Source of the DNA: Blastocladiella emersonii ATCC 22665
Lineage: Eukaryota > Fungi > Blastocladiomycota
Length of the DNA: 64,000 nucleotides
Assembly: GCA_025594325.1 (NCBI GenBank)
Contig: JANHCV010000013.1
Coordinates: 682,001-746,000, forward strand
Direction of reading: 5' to 3'
Shown here in pieces: positions 11,450-22,837 of this stretch. Within the stretch, counting starts at the first letter, position 1. Each line of letters opens with the position of its first letter. The notes beneath the pieces were generated by a model that searched no databases, was not told the origin of the DNA, and worked only from the letters and a program-made list of their open reading frames with translations. Both the position numbers and the translations under genes were made by a program.

Positions 11450-14400
11450 GCGACGCGAGCGACGGACAGCTTAGCCTGAGTTGCGCGTGGCCGACCGAGG
11501 CGACAGCTTGGCGAGCTGTTGTGCCCGCCATGACCTTGACGCCGACGGCACGCGTACGCTTGATCTTGTTGAAGACGACGCGACGGACCGCCGAGCGAGG
11601 GCAAGCTAGGAGCGGCTCGAACATGCCACGGATCACGGCCATGGCCGACTTGGTGCCGCACGACGTGAAGCCGCCGCGGCCCGGACAGGTGTTGAGCTCG
11701 TCGTCATGAACTCGACGAGAGTGCACGCACGCGCGGATGAGAATGTCGATGACGATGATCTACACGCGCGGCAAGCGAGGATTTCGAGGTGAGCACGCGG
11801 AACAGCGCGAGTGGTGGAACCAGTCAAGAGTCGCGGGCACCGATGTCGCGCCGTACCTGCTGCTCCTGCTGCTCGCGATGCCTCGCGCTTGGGCTTGAAC
11901 ATAGGTGCCACCTGGTGCAGAGCGGGCGGCGCATTCCCGACAGCTCGTGCAAACATTGAATGGGGTGGGCGACCACCACCGCCGAACGCCTTGAGGGTCA
12001 ATGGGCCGTTGCACGGGCACGTACTCTTGCGCCGCCACGCGGTTCGCCGCCCTTCGTTAGCCCCCTCCGCACGGCCGAGCTCCCTTTCGCCTGACCGCGC
12101 CATACAGCGGGCCCGCTGCACCATGCATTCGCGGCGAACGAGCGCATGGAGGGGGAGGTGGGGGCGGTGCTTACGGCGGGGGGACGGGAAATCGTTTCCC
12201 TGCAGCAAAGAAGGGCGTGCCGAGGGAGGGGCGCTAGGGCCGGGCGGGTACTCCGGCTCTGCACCAGGGCGTCTATCTCCAAGCATGTTACAGCGCCATG
12301 CGGCGTACCTGCGAGAACGAGTGACTGAGCGACGCGCTGGCCATGGTGGCCGCCGCGATGGCCTCGATGCCAATGAGGAGGAGGACGCCGAATACGAGCC
12401 GTTGCTGACGCGAGTCGTCGAGTGCCGCCGATCCCTCTACAGCCGGCGCGCAAGTGAGTTGAGTGGGCGGTGGATCCCGGGTGTTCTGGCCATGGCCATG
12501 ACCATGACCATGAGCGTACCCTTGTTGATAGTGCCGTCGTCGCCGATGAACCAGACCCGCCGAACCCGAACTCGAATAGTGCGTGCGTCGAGATCGCGAA
12601 CTGCGGCGCTCGGCGCGACACGTCGAGAGCCTCGCGAGCGAGCGACGCACGATCTCGGCCTGCTCCAGCAGCTTTTACAGCCCTTGTTGAGCCACTTGAA
12701 CCGCGCCGCGAGACGAGGAAAAGTAATCTGCACGAGCACGAGAGTAGGTTTTCGGATCGCAACGCGGCCAGCTCCGGAACGCGGTACCTTTGCGTGTCGC
12801 GAGGTCGGCCAGATTCGAGTACCAGTACCCGACGCGCGCACGGCGAGCACCCGGCCTAGTCCAGCGGCGCTGCCGCCGACGCGGGTGCGCTGCTGCGTGC
12901 TCGCTGCGTCCATCGCGTTCCGCGCCACGACCATCCACATGACACGCGCGAGGAACGCGACGGAATATAGTGCGGGTTCCACTGGCCTGCCGAGCTTCCG
13001 TATCGCTCTCGCCGTCAAAACTAGGTGTCGCCCCTCGGGCGTGTCAGGTGGACGGCCGCGGCGCCGCGCGACCTGACGCGGCGAGCAGCAGCAGCTGGCT
13101 GGCGCGGATGATGATGATTATGATCTCGAGAATCTACACGGATCAGTGAGTGTAAGTTGCCTTGCCTGATCGCGACGACATGAGCGAGTCGGGAGAAACG
13201 TACCTTGCTGCCGTGGCCTAGTACTCGACCGTGGCCGCGTGTCCCTGGCCGAGAAGTCGACCGACCGTGAACTGTTTTGATTGCTTGCCGGCCGCTGCCG
13301 TGCCCCATCTCGCGGTGCTGGACGTCGCCACCCACGTCGTCACACACCCGCCGTGCCGCGGCCAGTCGTTCGACGAATTGACGCCATGATATAGCTCGCC
13401 GACCTTCCAGCACGTGCCAGGAGGGCATTGTGTACTTTGACGGCGTGTCGAGGCGGCAGGTCGAGCGACTGTGGCCGCGGATCCCGCACCACGATATGGC
13501 TGCACGACGACGACGATTCGAGCGAGCGAGCGAGCTTGAGCTGAGCAGGTGTCGCGCCGAGGCTTGCAGAACCTACTAGGTTGAGCAGCTGAGCGTCAGT
13601 TTCCAGGTCATGGAATGTTCGGACGACGTAGTACCTTGATGCGCAATCACGGCAGCCCAGCACTTGTCGAAGGTCGGCTCGCCGACTCGAGAGCTGCCGC
13701 GACCACCCGCTGGACACGCGGGAGCCGCTATGGTCATCGAGTATAGCATGAATAACCCATTTCCACCACCTGCCAAGCAGTGGGTACCGAGGGTTACGCT
13801 CCCATCGTGCGTGTCAAGCGAATGGCCGCCGCGCGGGCCCCGCAGCACGACGCGGACGTGGATGCGCGCCGGCCACGACCACGACCACGGCCGGCCGCCG
13901 CTCGCCGGGTGATGGCGCCGAGCTGGCGCGCGCGGAGAAGCTGGATACACAGATCAGCATGTGACATTCGTCCAATTACGGCAGCACTGAGCAACACGAG
14001 AGGAGGAGTACCTCGAAGAGTGACTAGCCAGGACGGCGGCCATGAACGACACGCGACAGGAACTTGATAATGACGCGCGCAGAGAAATCTCACCGGGTCA
14101 GCTGAGATGCAATCGAAATGATCGTCAAGTCCGATCAGCGCGCGTCCTTGACGAGCTTGAGCAGCCCGATGATGGACATGGTGAAGTTGCGCGACAGCTT
14201 GCCGTGGTGGATACCGAGGTACAGCGAGCGACAAAAGCCTGGCCTCGATGGCCAGGGTGGATGATGGTCGTCAAACACCAGCCCGACCCGCCTAAACGAC
14301 GACGGGGATCATGAGGTTAGAGGCGATGAGCGCCACGTCCAGTTGATGCAGTCGTACCCGGTGCGCGAGTGCACTGCCGACCTTGACGTCGACTGGATCA

Positions 14401-14800
14401 GGTCGAACCGCACGAGCTTGATCTCGGAGAGCAGTCGAGCACTCGGCAGAATCGCGTGGATCTACACTCGCAGAGGATCTACACACACAATACGTGAGCC
14501 GCGAGTCGACCACGTCGCTGCTTCATGAGTCAAAGGTACCTTGGCGTGATGCGCCGATGGGCCGGCCGGATCCGGTCCACCACCCAGCACAGCGTGAGCT
14601 CGACCAGCTCGTGCGACATGTCGGCGGCGCCCAGCCGCTAAGGCACGTTCTGGTAGATCTTGCAGGTCCGAGTCGGAGCTCGCGCGTCACGCCCTCGACG
14701 TTGTCGACGAGCGTGTCGAGGAACGGGATCATGACGAGGAATAGGACGTTGAGGAAGCTGAGGATCGGGTCGGCGCGAGATACGAGGGCAGCTGGATCAC
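11450..14800 (-). pseudogene. Possible heavily degraded cyclic-nucleotide-gated/HCN-type channel relic
   Basis: Frame-broken pieces in roughly the expected order: S1-like W(D)VALIASNLMIPVVV (~14295-14345), S4-like IIGLLKLVKDAR (~14140-14175), S5-like LFEVLLLVLLSAAVIG (~13975-14020), weak cNMP-like segment (~12900-13040), second S2-like IIVIDILIR after a TAG acceptor (~11735-11760). Motif resemblance only. Confidence 0.3.
12115..12290 (+). repeat. Diverged partial third copy of the dispersed repeat at 32.4-34.1 kb and 48.5-50.3 kb
   Basis: gcggcgaacgagcgcatggagggggaggtgggggcggtgcttacgg and agggcgtgccgag match 49570-49660 (ggggcgaacgagcgcatgaagggggaggtgtgggcggtgcttacg, agggcgtgccgag). Confidence 0.75.
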
Positions 14801-14847
14801 GAACTGAAATACTCGTACGCGACTGTAAATGCAGACCATCCGACCGC

Positions 14848-15490
14848 ACCTCGAGGTTTGCGCAAGATTCCAGCCCTCGAGATTCAAACTCTCATTGCTG
14901 ATTCGATCCCGCCCAGCCTTGTCGTTTTCAACTTTGCGCAAGAATGGCAAGATGGCTCCATGGTCATGGCAGGCCTCTTCGGCCCACGCTTGCCTCGAAC
15001 GCTTCGCGAACTCTCGTTTGTGGGATCTTCAATGGGCACTGTGGGGATCCGCATCTTCGCCAAGTTCATGCCGCCTCATCTCACAATGCTCAACTTGGAT
15101 CAAGCTGATCTGACAGACGAGGCTGTGCATGCGCTTGGCCCTGTCTTGCCGCAGACACTCAAGGAGCTGTACATGCACTCGAACCCGCTTACCGACGAGG
15201 GAGCCGAACTGCTTGCCACGTACCTTCCCGACAATCTTGACGGGATCTACTTTGACGACCTGGACACGACTGAAGTCGGTGAGGCTTTTCTTCGCGCCAA
15301 GGTTAAGCCTGGAGGGCGGTTCGGCGGGGGAAAACGTGTCAATATTGATCTTGAGCTTGAATTATATGTTGCTATTCACGAAAATCTCGTCGCTCGACCT
15401 GAAATGAGACTTGATGGGCGGTTGTTTGGAATGCGAGCGCGTCGCGATCACAGAATGGCTGGCCACTCGCACGCCACCAACCTTGCATAG
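14848..15490 (+). pseudogene. 5'-truncated C-terminal copy of the LRR gene at 5855-7831
   Basis: LEIQTLIADSIPP...LPDNLDGIYFDDLDTTEVGEAFLRAKVKPGG aligns residue-for-residue with the C-terminus of 6476-7831. There is no F-box or ankyrin part and no ATG. Confidence 0.85.
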
Positions 15491-17091
15491 GATGCTTAAG
15501 GGTTTGAGAGCTAAAGTGACGGCAAGCGAACTCATGCAAAATCGTGTCACGTCACGAACAGCAGGAGCACATCATCCCATGGACCAAGTATTGCGCGGCA
15601 GCGACACGGAAGTCCGTCGCTTCACCGCTCCTTAAACATGTCCCTGTCTGTTTTTCTTCCAAAGATGGATGAACGGCCCAAGCGAGAGCACTCTCCCAAG
15701 AAACGAGCCACGCGATGCGCCACAGCACGTGCGCTCGTGACCAGTCGCTCTCACACTTGACGGTCATGCGCGCCAGCCTCGCTCCTCCACCTTGCTCCGC
15801 ACCACCATGCAAACCGATAAAGCGACTCCATGCAATGGGGATTCGAGTTCGGACTCGCTCCATCTTGCTGATTTGCCGGCCGAACTCGTTGGTCATCTCC
15901 TGCGCCTGGCGGTGCCTCGAACCGCCATCCCGCTCGCGACGGGTGGCTTTGCCGAGATTGCGGCTGAATCCGACACCCAGTGGGTCTGGCGGTGCACCTG
16001 CATGCTCCGGCCTGATCTATGCGGCTGGGGCGAGCTACATTTGTGCGACGAGGACGATTGCCCCTGCGGCGAGCACAGCTACGGCGGACCCATCGACCTG
16101 CGCGAGGCAATGCCGTTGACGCCGTACCTTTGTCACCTTGCTTGCCACGAGCGGACTGATGCGTGGTTTCGCGAAACGGAGCGGGTCTGCTGGTATACTT
16201 CGGAGGAAGGAGACGTGTTTGACGAGCAGACCGTTACCTGCCTTGTTGCGCTCTTCTCGGACAAGACTCTTCCCGCTCTTTCACCCGATGCCCTTGCTGA
16301 ATGGGCAACCAACGTTGACTTGACCTTCGAGGAGAACGGGTACTTTGATCCAGCAGAGCACGCAATCACGCCTCGCTTTTTCGTTCTGCGCCAGCTCGCC
16401 ATGGTGTTTCCGGCTCAGGGCCGGATCGAGTCGCTCACGCTCGTACTGGACGCGCTCGCACGCCAGCCCTCCGCATCGCATGACCTGTCTCTCAGTTCGT
16501 GGTCATCCTTGGACATTGACTGGCGATCCCGCAACCAGGTCAACCGGCTGTTCTGGGATACGAATTGGAGTCACGACATCAGGTCGTTCAAAGACCGACT
16601 CAGCCCTCGCTTCTTCTGCTACCTTGCGCTCGTCGCGCTCAAGTGGTGGCGGCCCGAGGTCCTCGAACTTCTTAAACGACCCGAGTACGGGGTCCGTCGC
16701 GACATGTTCGCCCGCTTCCCTATCCACCCCATTGTCGAGCGTTCGTGCGATCCCTCGCTACCCGCCGATCTTATCGTTGCGACGCTTGCCTGGTTTGCGG
16801 GCGATAACGGGGAACACCTCGACCGCGAGGCAGCACCATCGCTTGCAGCCAGTCTTGTCTTCCACGCCAATTCAAACTGCACTGCCCAAGTCATCCGCCG
16901 GTTTGGTGCCCACTCGGACGTGCCGTATTACCACAATTATTACAGTAAAAGACTCGCAGCGGCACTGTTGGACGGGGACGAGGGCGCCTTGGAAGGGATT
17001 CTTGCGACGGGCAGGGTCGGCGACCACTTGACGACCTTGACCGAGCTGATTCACTTTGGTTTGTTGGATTACGGCCAGCTAGCGCGACTTA

Positions 17092-17106
17092 GGGCCCGTT
17101 TGGTTC
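17092..17106 (+). repeat. Left TIR GGGCCCGTTTGGTTC
   Basis: Exact reverse complement of 19528-19542. Confidence 0.97.
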
Positions 17107-17225
17107 CGGGGTGAATCAGGTGGATCAATCGATTTTACACGGTCCGGTGTTCACCCAGCTGAAACGTGGCATTTTCACCCCGTCGCGTTCATCGCGGCGT
17201 TTGGGTCGACCCCCGGATGAGCTGA

Positions 17226-17690
17226 ATGGAACCCTCGTCGCTGAATTGCCCGTCTGCTCGCCCCCGAAACCTTCAGGCTGTGCTTCCCGGCCTATATAAA
17301 CGCTGTTTTCCTTCGTGGGGCGGCTCGACCACCACCGGCGAGTACTCGCACCTCGAGCAGGACGGCAAGGAGTCTGGTGACGTGGAAGGTGTCGATGGTC
17401 AAGACGACGCGGCCCCCGCCAGCAAGCGCAGCCGCACTTCGGACAGCAGCTCGCGTCGCCTCTCGGACTCGGAATTCCTCATGGGCATCAAGGAGGTGTT
17501 CCAGAGCGTCGCGACCGCCGACTCTAAGCCCGTCCTGACCGCCGCACTTGAATGGGTCCAGGACGCGTACAACGACAATGAAGAGTACCAGATCGACGTC
17601 GCCACCCGCCTGACCGAGGATCAAGCGCTTCGCGTCATGGCCGTGTCCGAATCGAAGCGCAAGCGCATCCTCGAGATTTTCATTCAGTAG
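17226..17690 (+). pseudogene. Second ORF of the PIF element (Myb/SANT-partner-like), N-terminally truncated
   Basis: Acidic disordered stretch followed by a helical tail (TAALEWVQDAYNDN...QALRVMAVSESKRKRILE), convergent with the transposase. No ATG upstream of the linker and no Myb/SANT domain visible. Assignment rests on position inside the TIRs. Confidence 0.6.
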
Positions 17691-18003
17691 CTCACTCGCA
17701 CATGTCCCCCTCCCCTCGCGTTGCTTCCTGGCCTTGTTCTCGCCCATTTGTGTCCAATACATCTGGCTTTGTGTCCATCGTATCTTCAATCGTTACCCTT
17801 GGCTCGAAAATGACGCGACTCGTTGAGAAACGCGTGGTTCGCAAAGTGTCTCACACGTCACGTGATTGATCGACGCGTCTCCACCGATGCATTCTGACCT
17901 CAGCGACGCGTCAAATCATCTAGAATCGCTTATATAACATTATAGTACTTGAAAAATCAGTATATTACAGCATGCATGCGGGTACAACAATTATTTCGCG
18001 CCT

Positions 18004-19321
18004 TCAAAGACGGGTCCCACGAGCGGCCATGACGCGCCTGTACTCGGTCCAAAGAACATTTGCGATGCGGTTCCGAAGCGAGATACCGCGCTGACGAGCT
18101 CCGTCCAGCGAGGCCTCGAGGACAGCGGCCTCGTCGTCCTCCTCGTTCTCGTCGTTCAGGGGCTCGCGCCCACGCACACGCGCCTCACGCGCCGCGTCCC
18201 GCGCGCGCCGGAGCTCCGTCTCGGCGTCGCGAAAGAAGGCGTCGCCGCCTTGGTTCCACTTGTTGATCATGTTGTGCAGCGTGCAGAGCGCGTACACAAG
18301 CTTGACTTGAGTCTTGATTGGGTAGGCCGCGCCAATCGAGAGGACGCGGAACCGCTTCTTGAGCACGCCAAAGATACGCTCAACAGAGTTGCGGAGCGAC
18401 GCGTGACGCAGATTGAAAAGCTCCTCGCGGTTCTTAACTCTACGTACGTTGATGAAGCGGATGAGATGGCGCCAACGTGATGGTCATGGCAGTGAGAACG
18501 TACCCATCCTTGCCGCGGGCAAACTCGCGAAGATGATAGCGGGTGCCGCGGAAGGGCACGATGATGGACGTGCGGTTTGCGTAGCCGCCGTCGGCGAGGT
18601 AGAAGCGGCCGGCGGGGATCTTGAACCCACGGGCGAAGGCGTCCGAGAGCACGCGCGAGTCATGCGCCTTGCCCTCCCACCCTGCGAGAACGTAGGTGAA
18701 GTTCAAGTCAAAGTCGCAGGCAGCGAGGACATTTGAGTATATGGTCCCCTTGCGGTTTCGGAACGAGTCGTGAAGCTTAGTGGGCACAACAAACGGGATG
18801 TGCGTTCCGTCAAGCGCGCCGACCGCGTTCTGGAACGGAGCGTATTTCGGGTCGTGGGCGATGCGCTCATGCACGGGCGTAGAATCGGACGGCTGGACAA
18901 TGAACTCGGGCATCAGGCGGTACAGAGCGTCGAGCACTTGCTTCAGAACCCTGGACGCGGTCTCGCCAGAGATTTGGAACCGCTCCCTGAGGTTGCGGTT
19001 GGTGCTGCCCTCGCCGGCCATGACAAGAAAAACCATGAAGCGCGCCTCGACGGACAGCTCGCGGCCGTCGGCGAGAAGGCCACGGTCGCGGAACAGGCGG
19101 CAGATGGCCTTGAAGGTCTCGCGGGGCATACGGGCGATTTCCGAAAAACGCGTTTCGCTGTTGCACGTCAGCAGCTCTTGAACCCACGACTCGCCAGAAA
19201 GCGTGGACGTGCGGATAGGCTCCCACGAGCGGCGCTCGTTGCGCGCAGCGAGACGTCGCAGGAGAGCGAGGGCGGCTGTGAGCATTAGGCCGCGCAGCTT
19301 GCGGTTGTATCCCTTGTCCAT
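18004..19321 (-). CDS. PIF/Harbinger DDE transposase, 417 aa; complement(join(18004..18439,18504..19321))
   Basis: HTH region LRERFQISGETASRVLKQV and DDE triad GALDGTHIP / YLADGGY / NSVERIFGVLKKRF, plus AGWEGKAHDSRV and ELFNLRHASLRN. A phase-2 GTACGT...TAG intron of 64 nt restores the frame. Confidence 0.95.
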
Positions 19322-19414
19322 GTTGTTTGAGGGCTCGAGAACACGATGCGTGAGGTTAGGTGTTGATTCGTTGCAATAAGTGCGGCTGCAAAGAGGTGGG
19401 AAAGATTTTATTGC

Positions 19415-19433
19415 GGGGGGGGGGGGGGGGGGG
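19415..19433 (+). repeat. G19 homopolymer in the right subterminal region of the transposon
   Basis: Read directly from the sequence. Confidence 0.9.
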
Positions 19434-19527
19434 CGTTCATCCAGCGGGGCGTTTGGTTCGCACGGCCGCTGAGATGAACGGGGGTGAGGTGAAACGTGGC
19501 AACTTTTTCAGCTGATCCACCTGATCT

Positions 19528-19542
19528 GAACCAAACGGGCCC
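19528..19542 (-). repeat. Right TIR
   Basis: GAACCAAACGGGCCC followed by the TTA duplication. Confidence 0.97.
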
Positions 19543-21559
19543 TTATACTCATCGCGATTCGGACCAAGGAAACGGACCCCGATCTTCCGGTCTGTGCGCT
19601 CTCTCCAAAGGCTCGTGGTCGAGTCCTTCAAATGGGTATGTCATTACCTTGCCTCGTTGTGATCATGGACGTAGACTGACATGATGCCTCACCCCAGCCT
19701 TGCACTTTGCGTTGGGCGTAATCAACCACCGCGACGAGCACGACAACCCGCTTCCGCCTCAGCTTACTTCAACCGATACCGTTGCGCTTGTGCGCGAGGT
19801 CACGGCGATCCTGACCACGGCGATGAAATGGGGTGCTGACATGGCGCCGCTCCTGCATCAGCCGATTATCATTGCGCTCACCGCCGCGGGAGCTCTGTTC
19901 GACGTCATTGCGTTCCTCGATTTTCACGGTCGCGCACACCTCATGTTCCAGTCACACGGCCTTTACCCGTGTGCTCCTGCCCATCGATTCCAGGAGAGTC
20001 TTGCCCTTGGCACGACTCCCGCACTAGTATCCCTTTTGTGCAATCCTCGCACTGCCGCCGACACGATTGCTCAGCTGTCACAGTTGCAGAGCGAGCGCGG
20101 CAATCTCCAGGTGGCCCAGTGGTTCTTTTACTTGTTGTTGATTCCAGAGTCTCGCGGAGCGACTGACTACTGGACCATGGACGAGTACCTCAACTCGCTT
20201 CCGCTCAAAGTCTTTTCGAGAGACGTGCTAGACGCTGGAGCTGCACGCGCGACCTCGAATGCTGCGGTTACTGAAGCGACGACTTGTGGGCGTTCTCGCT
20301 CGGATCGCCTTGGGGCTCGACCTGCCGACCTTCCCGATGCGGCTTGGCTACCGTGGCAGTATGCAGTCCATACGGTTCTCACCAAAGTCCCTGGCTTTCA
20401 TCTGTTACGTGGATCGATTCCTGCGCCCGCGCGCGAACCTCTCTTCTCACACGACGCACTGCACCTCGCCGACGAGCTGCGCCGCGCCGAACGCACTAGC
20501 GGCACCCGCGGACCAGGGTCTGACTTGGCGTGGATCATCGAGCAACTACACGCCGCGGCTCCGTGCCTGCTCATCAACGAGTACATTCGCGTTAGCGTGA
20601 CGAGCCCGCGGTGCGTGTGGCGAATGCTTCCGTCACGTTCGCTTGATGGAATTCGATCGCCTACGTGGGTCCTCGCGGCAGTGTGCGTGGCGCTTGACAG
20701 CGCTCGGGGCAACGAGGTGGCTCCATGCGAGCACGTCGCCGAGATCTTCGCGGCGGCCACCGTGACCACGGCATCCGTTGAGTTCCTTGAGTCTGTCCGC
20801 GATGCGTGCAAATCACGCGGATTAAACGTAGCGCAAGTGGTGCCCGGTTGCACGAGATCATAATACACTGTTTTTTACCGCGATCACTTACAGGGGCTTT
20901 CAAAACACGAGGCTCGAACGCGTTGCGCCACTCACGGGATCGGTAAGCGAGGCTTTTCGGTCGTGACGCAGCCGACGTCGCTCCGCTTCCGCTCTCCCAG
21001 CACGGCTCAGTTTCTGTCCGGATGCCAGCGCCATTTAGATGCATTATGCTTGACGGATGCCTTGCTGATGATTTATGACTGTGAAAGCGACTCCCGACGG
21101 TCACATTGCCGAACCCCGCGGGCCAACTTTAATGAGCTGCACCGCGGCTGAGACCCGCTTCTTCAAAGGCAAATGATGCCTGCTTTGAGCTTCAAGCGCT
21201 GTGTCAATGATGCGCTTTGCAAGTTCAGTCCATGCACGACGGGACGTACAGCTGGTTGTGGCCGCCAGCACAAACACAAAGCCGCGTTCGCACCACAACG
21301 CTCGAGTCGCCGCGCAGCCACGTCCACGCTCGACGATCTGGTGAGCAAGATCATTATAATTTCGCACACAACACTTCCTGTCCGCGGGCCGAGCCCATGC
21401 GCGCCTCGAGGCTTACAGACGCGCGGTTGCGAACGGTACGCCGACAGGCGCGGTTCCATCATAGTCTGAGTTCATTCTTGTCGCTAACACGGCCATAGTG
21501 TCCCTCAAGTGATTGTCTCGCGCTCACATGCGGCTTTGATTCTCCAGCAAACACGTTGA

Positions 21560-22490
21560 CGCCACAAATCATTCTTGCGCCCTCTACACATGGTCCTAAT
21601 GCGCTCATCGGGCTTGCACGAGCTCTTTACTGGGTGGTAGCTTGGCAGCCCGCCAAGCGGATTGGGTCTCGCCAACCTTCCCGTACCGCGCTGCTGGGCC
21701 GCACTCGCGCGAGTTCCGTGAAAAGACCGCGCCGCTCGCGCGGCTGTGGCCCTCGATGCAATAAGCGCACAGCGCTGATGTTTGGAGGCTGCGTGAGGCT
21801 CAAGCACATCGGCTGTCACGCTCGCGGGTCGGTGTGACTGAAACTCGAGAGCATAAATCAAGTAATTTTTTGGCTTATCCGCTTAGCCTACACAGCTGAT
21901 GGGGCAAGTCGCAGCAACTCAGCGACGTACACAGCTGTAAAGCCCGTAAGAAAGGCGAGCTGAATGACCTTGAGGTTCGTGAAAACCAAGTCAAGCGCTC
22001 CATCAGGATATGGCGTAGCGAGGCACTGCGGGGACGTTGAACACGGGAAACCGGCAGTTGATTGCGGCAAGGAATCCAAGGTAAATCAAAGGAGTTGTGG
22101 CTCATCAGCCGGCTGGGTCCACTGCAGCCGGGTCTCAAACAGCGTAGGGCACTGGCTAGCGAAGGTGCTGAGACGCGTATCGAGGTGCGGAATGCAAGTG
22201 GCCTTGATCGCACATGCCGCAACAAGAAGGAGAGCTACGATGGGATGCTGGAATAGTCAAACGAGGTACTGAGAGCTCGCGCACTTGATCAAGTCGTACA
22301 GATATTCTGCGATGCAATCTGGCTCCTGGCAACAGTCCAAGTGGTGGCGCAAGGCACGGGTTTCAATGTAGTCGGTAAAGACTAGAGGGTGCTCGTCGAA
22401 AGGCTTCGGGGGACGCAAGCAGAGTTGGGGTCGCGCGAAATGCGGGCTGTTGCAGCTGGAGTCAGGGCGAGGGTGAAGCTTGTCTGGCAA
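21560..22490 (-). pseudogene. Degraded relic of F-box-like subfamily A2
   Basis: Multi-frame pieces FQHPIVA, CPTLFETRLQW, IYLGFLAAIN...PRYA and DPIRL match FQQPIIA, CPTLLETRLRW, DYLGFLATFN...SRYA and DPVRL of the 26198-28421 gene. Confidence 0.7.
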
Positions 22491-22837
22491 CGCCCGAGAA
22501 CGCGTGCTCTCCTCAGGCGCAAAGTTGACAAAGGCTCTGAATCATGAAAGAAGAGCAGGCGCAAGTATTCTCAACTGTCGAGTCCGGGAAGTGCGACGCG
22601 GCGAGGGCAGCGGATCGCGGGCGGGCCAGCTTGAGGGCGGCGACGGCAAACTTGGCTGGAAGGTCTGGAAAGCATAAATCCAGCATGCTGATGTTCCGCC
22701 GAATGGTTTGCATGGAGTCTTACATGGAACTGGCGAAAGTGTGGGCGGTGCTGGCGGGCGGCGAGGAAGGAGAACGGACGCCACTTCGGCGGTTTCCACG
22801 CTTCAGCTCTCGCTCCCCCCTTCCCTCTCCGCACCCT

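Larger units (their letters stand above)
17092..19542. mobile_element. PIF/Harbinger DNA transposon, 2451 bp, perfect 15-bp TIRs, TTA target-site duplication
   Basis: Left GGGCCCGTTTGGTTC (17092-17106) and right GAACCAAACGGGCCC (19528-19542). TTA at 17089-17091 and 19543-19545. Subterminal inverted ATCAGGTGGATCA. Contains a DDE_Tnp_4-type transposase. Confidence 0.97.
15807..20863 (+). pseudogene. F-box-like family A1 gene interrupted by a PIF/Harbinger insertion; reconstructed join(15807..17091,19546..19635,19698..20863), 846 aa
   Basis: Removing 17092-19545 gives ...LARLILIAIRTKETD...VLQMG|intron|ALHFALG, collinear with paralogs (ARMLLIAIRANNG...VLQSG|intron). The reconstructed CDS is 2541 nt with no stop. 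Confidence 0.9.

Noticed and set aside
11811-13076. 421-aa plus-strand ORF
   Set aside because: Low-information Arg/Ala-rich translation crossing a repeat copy and gene relics.
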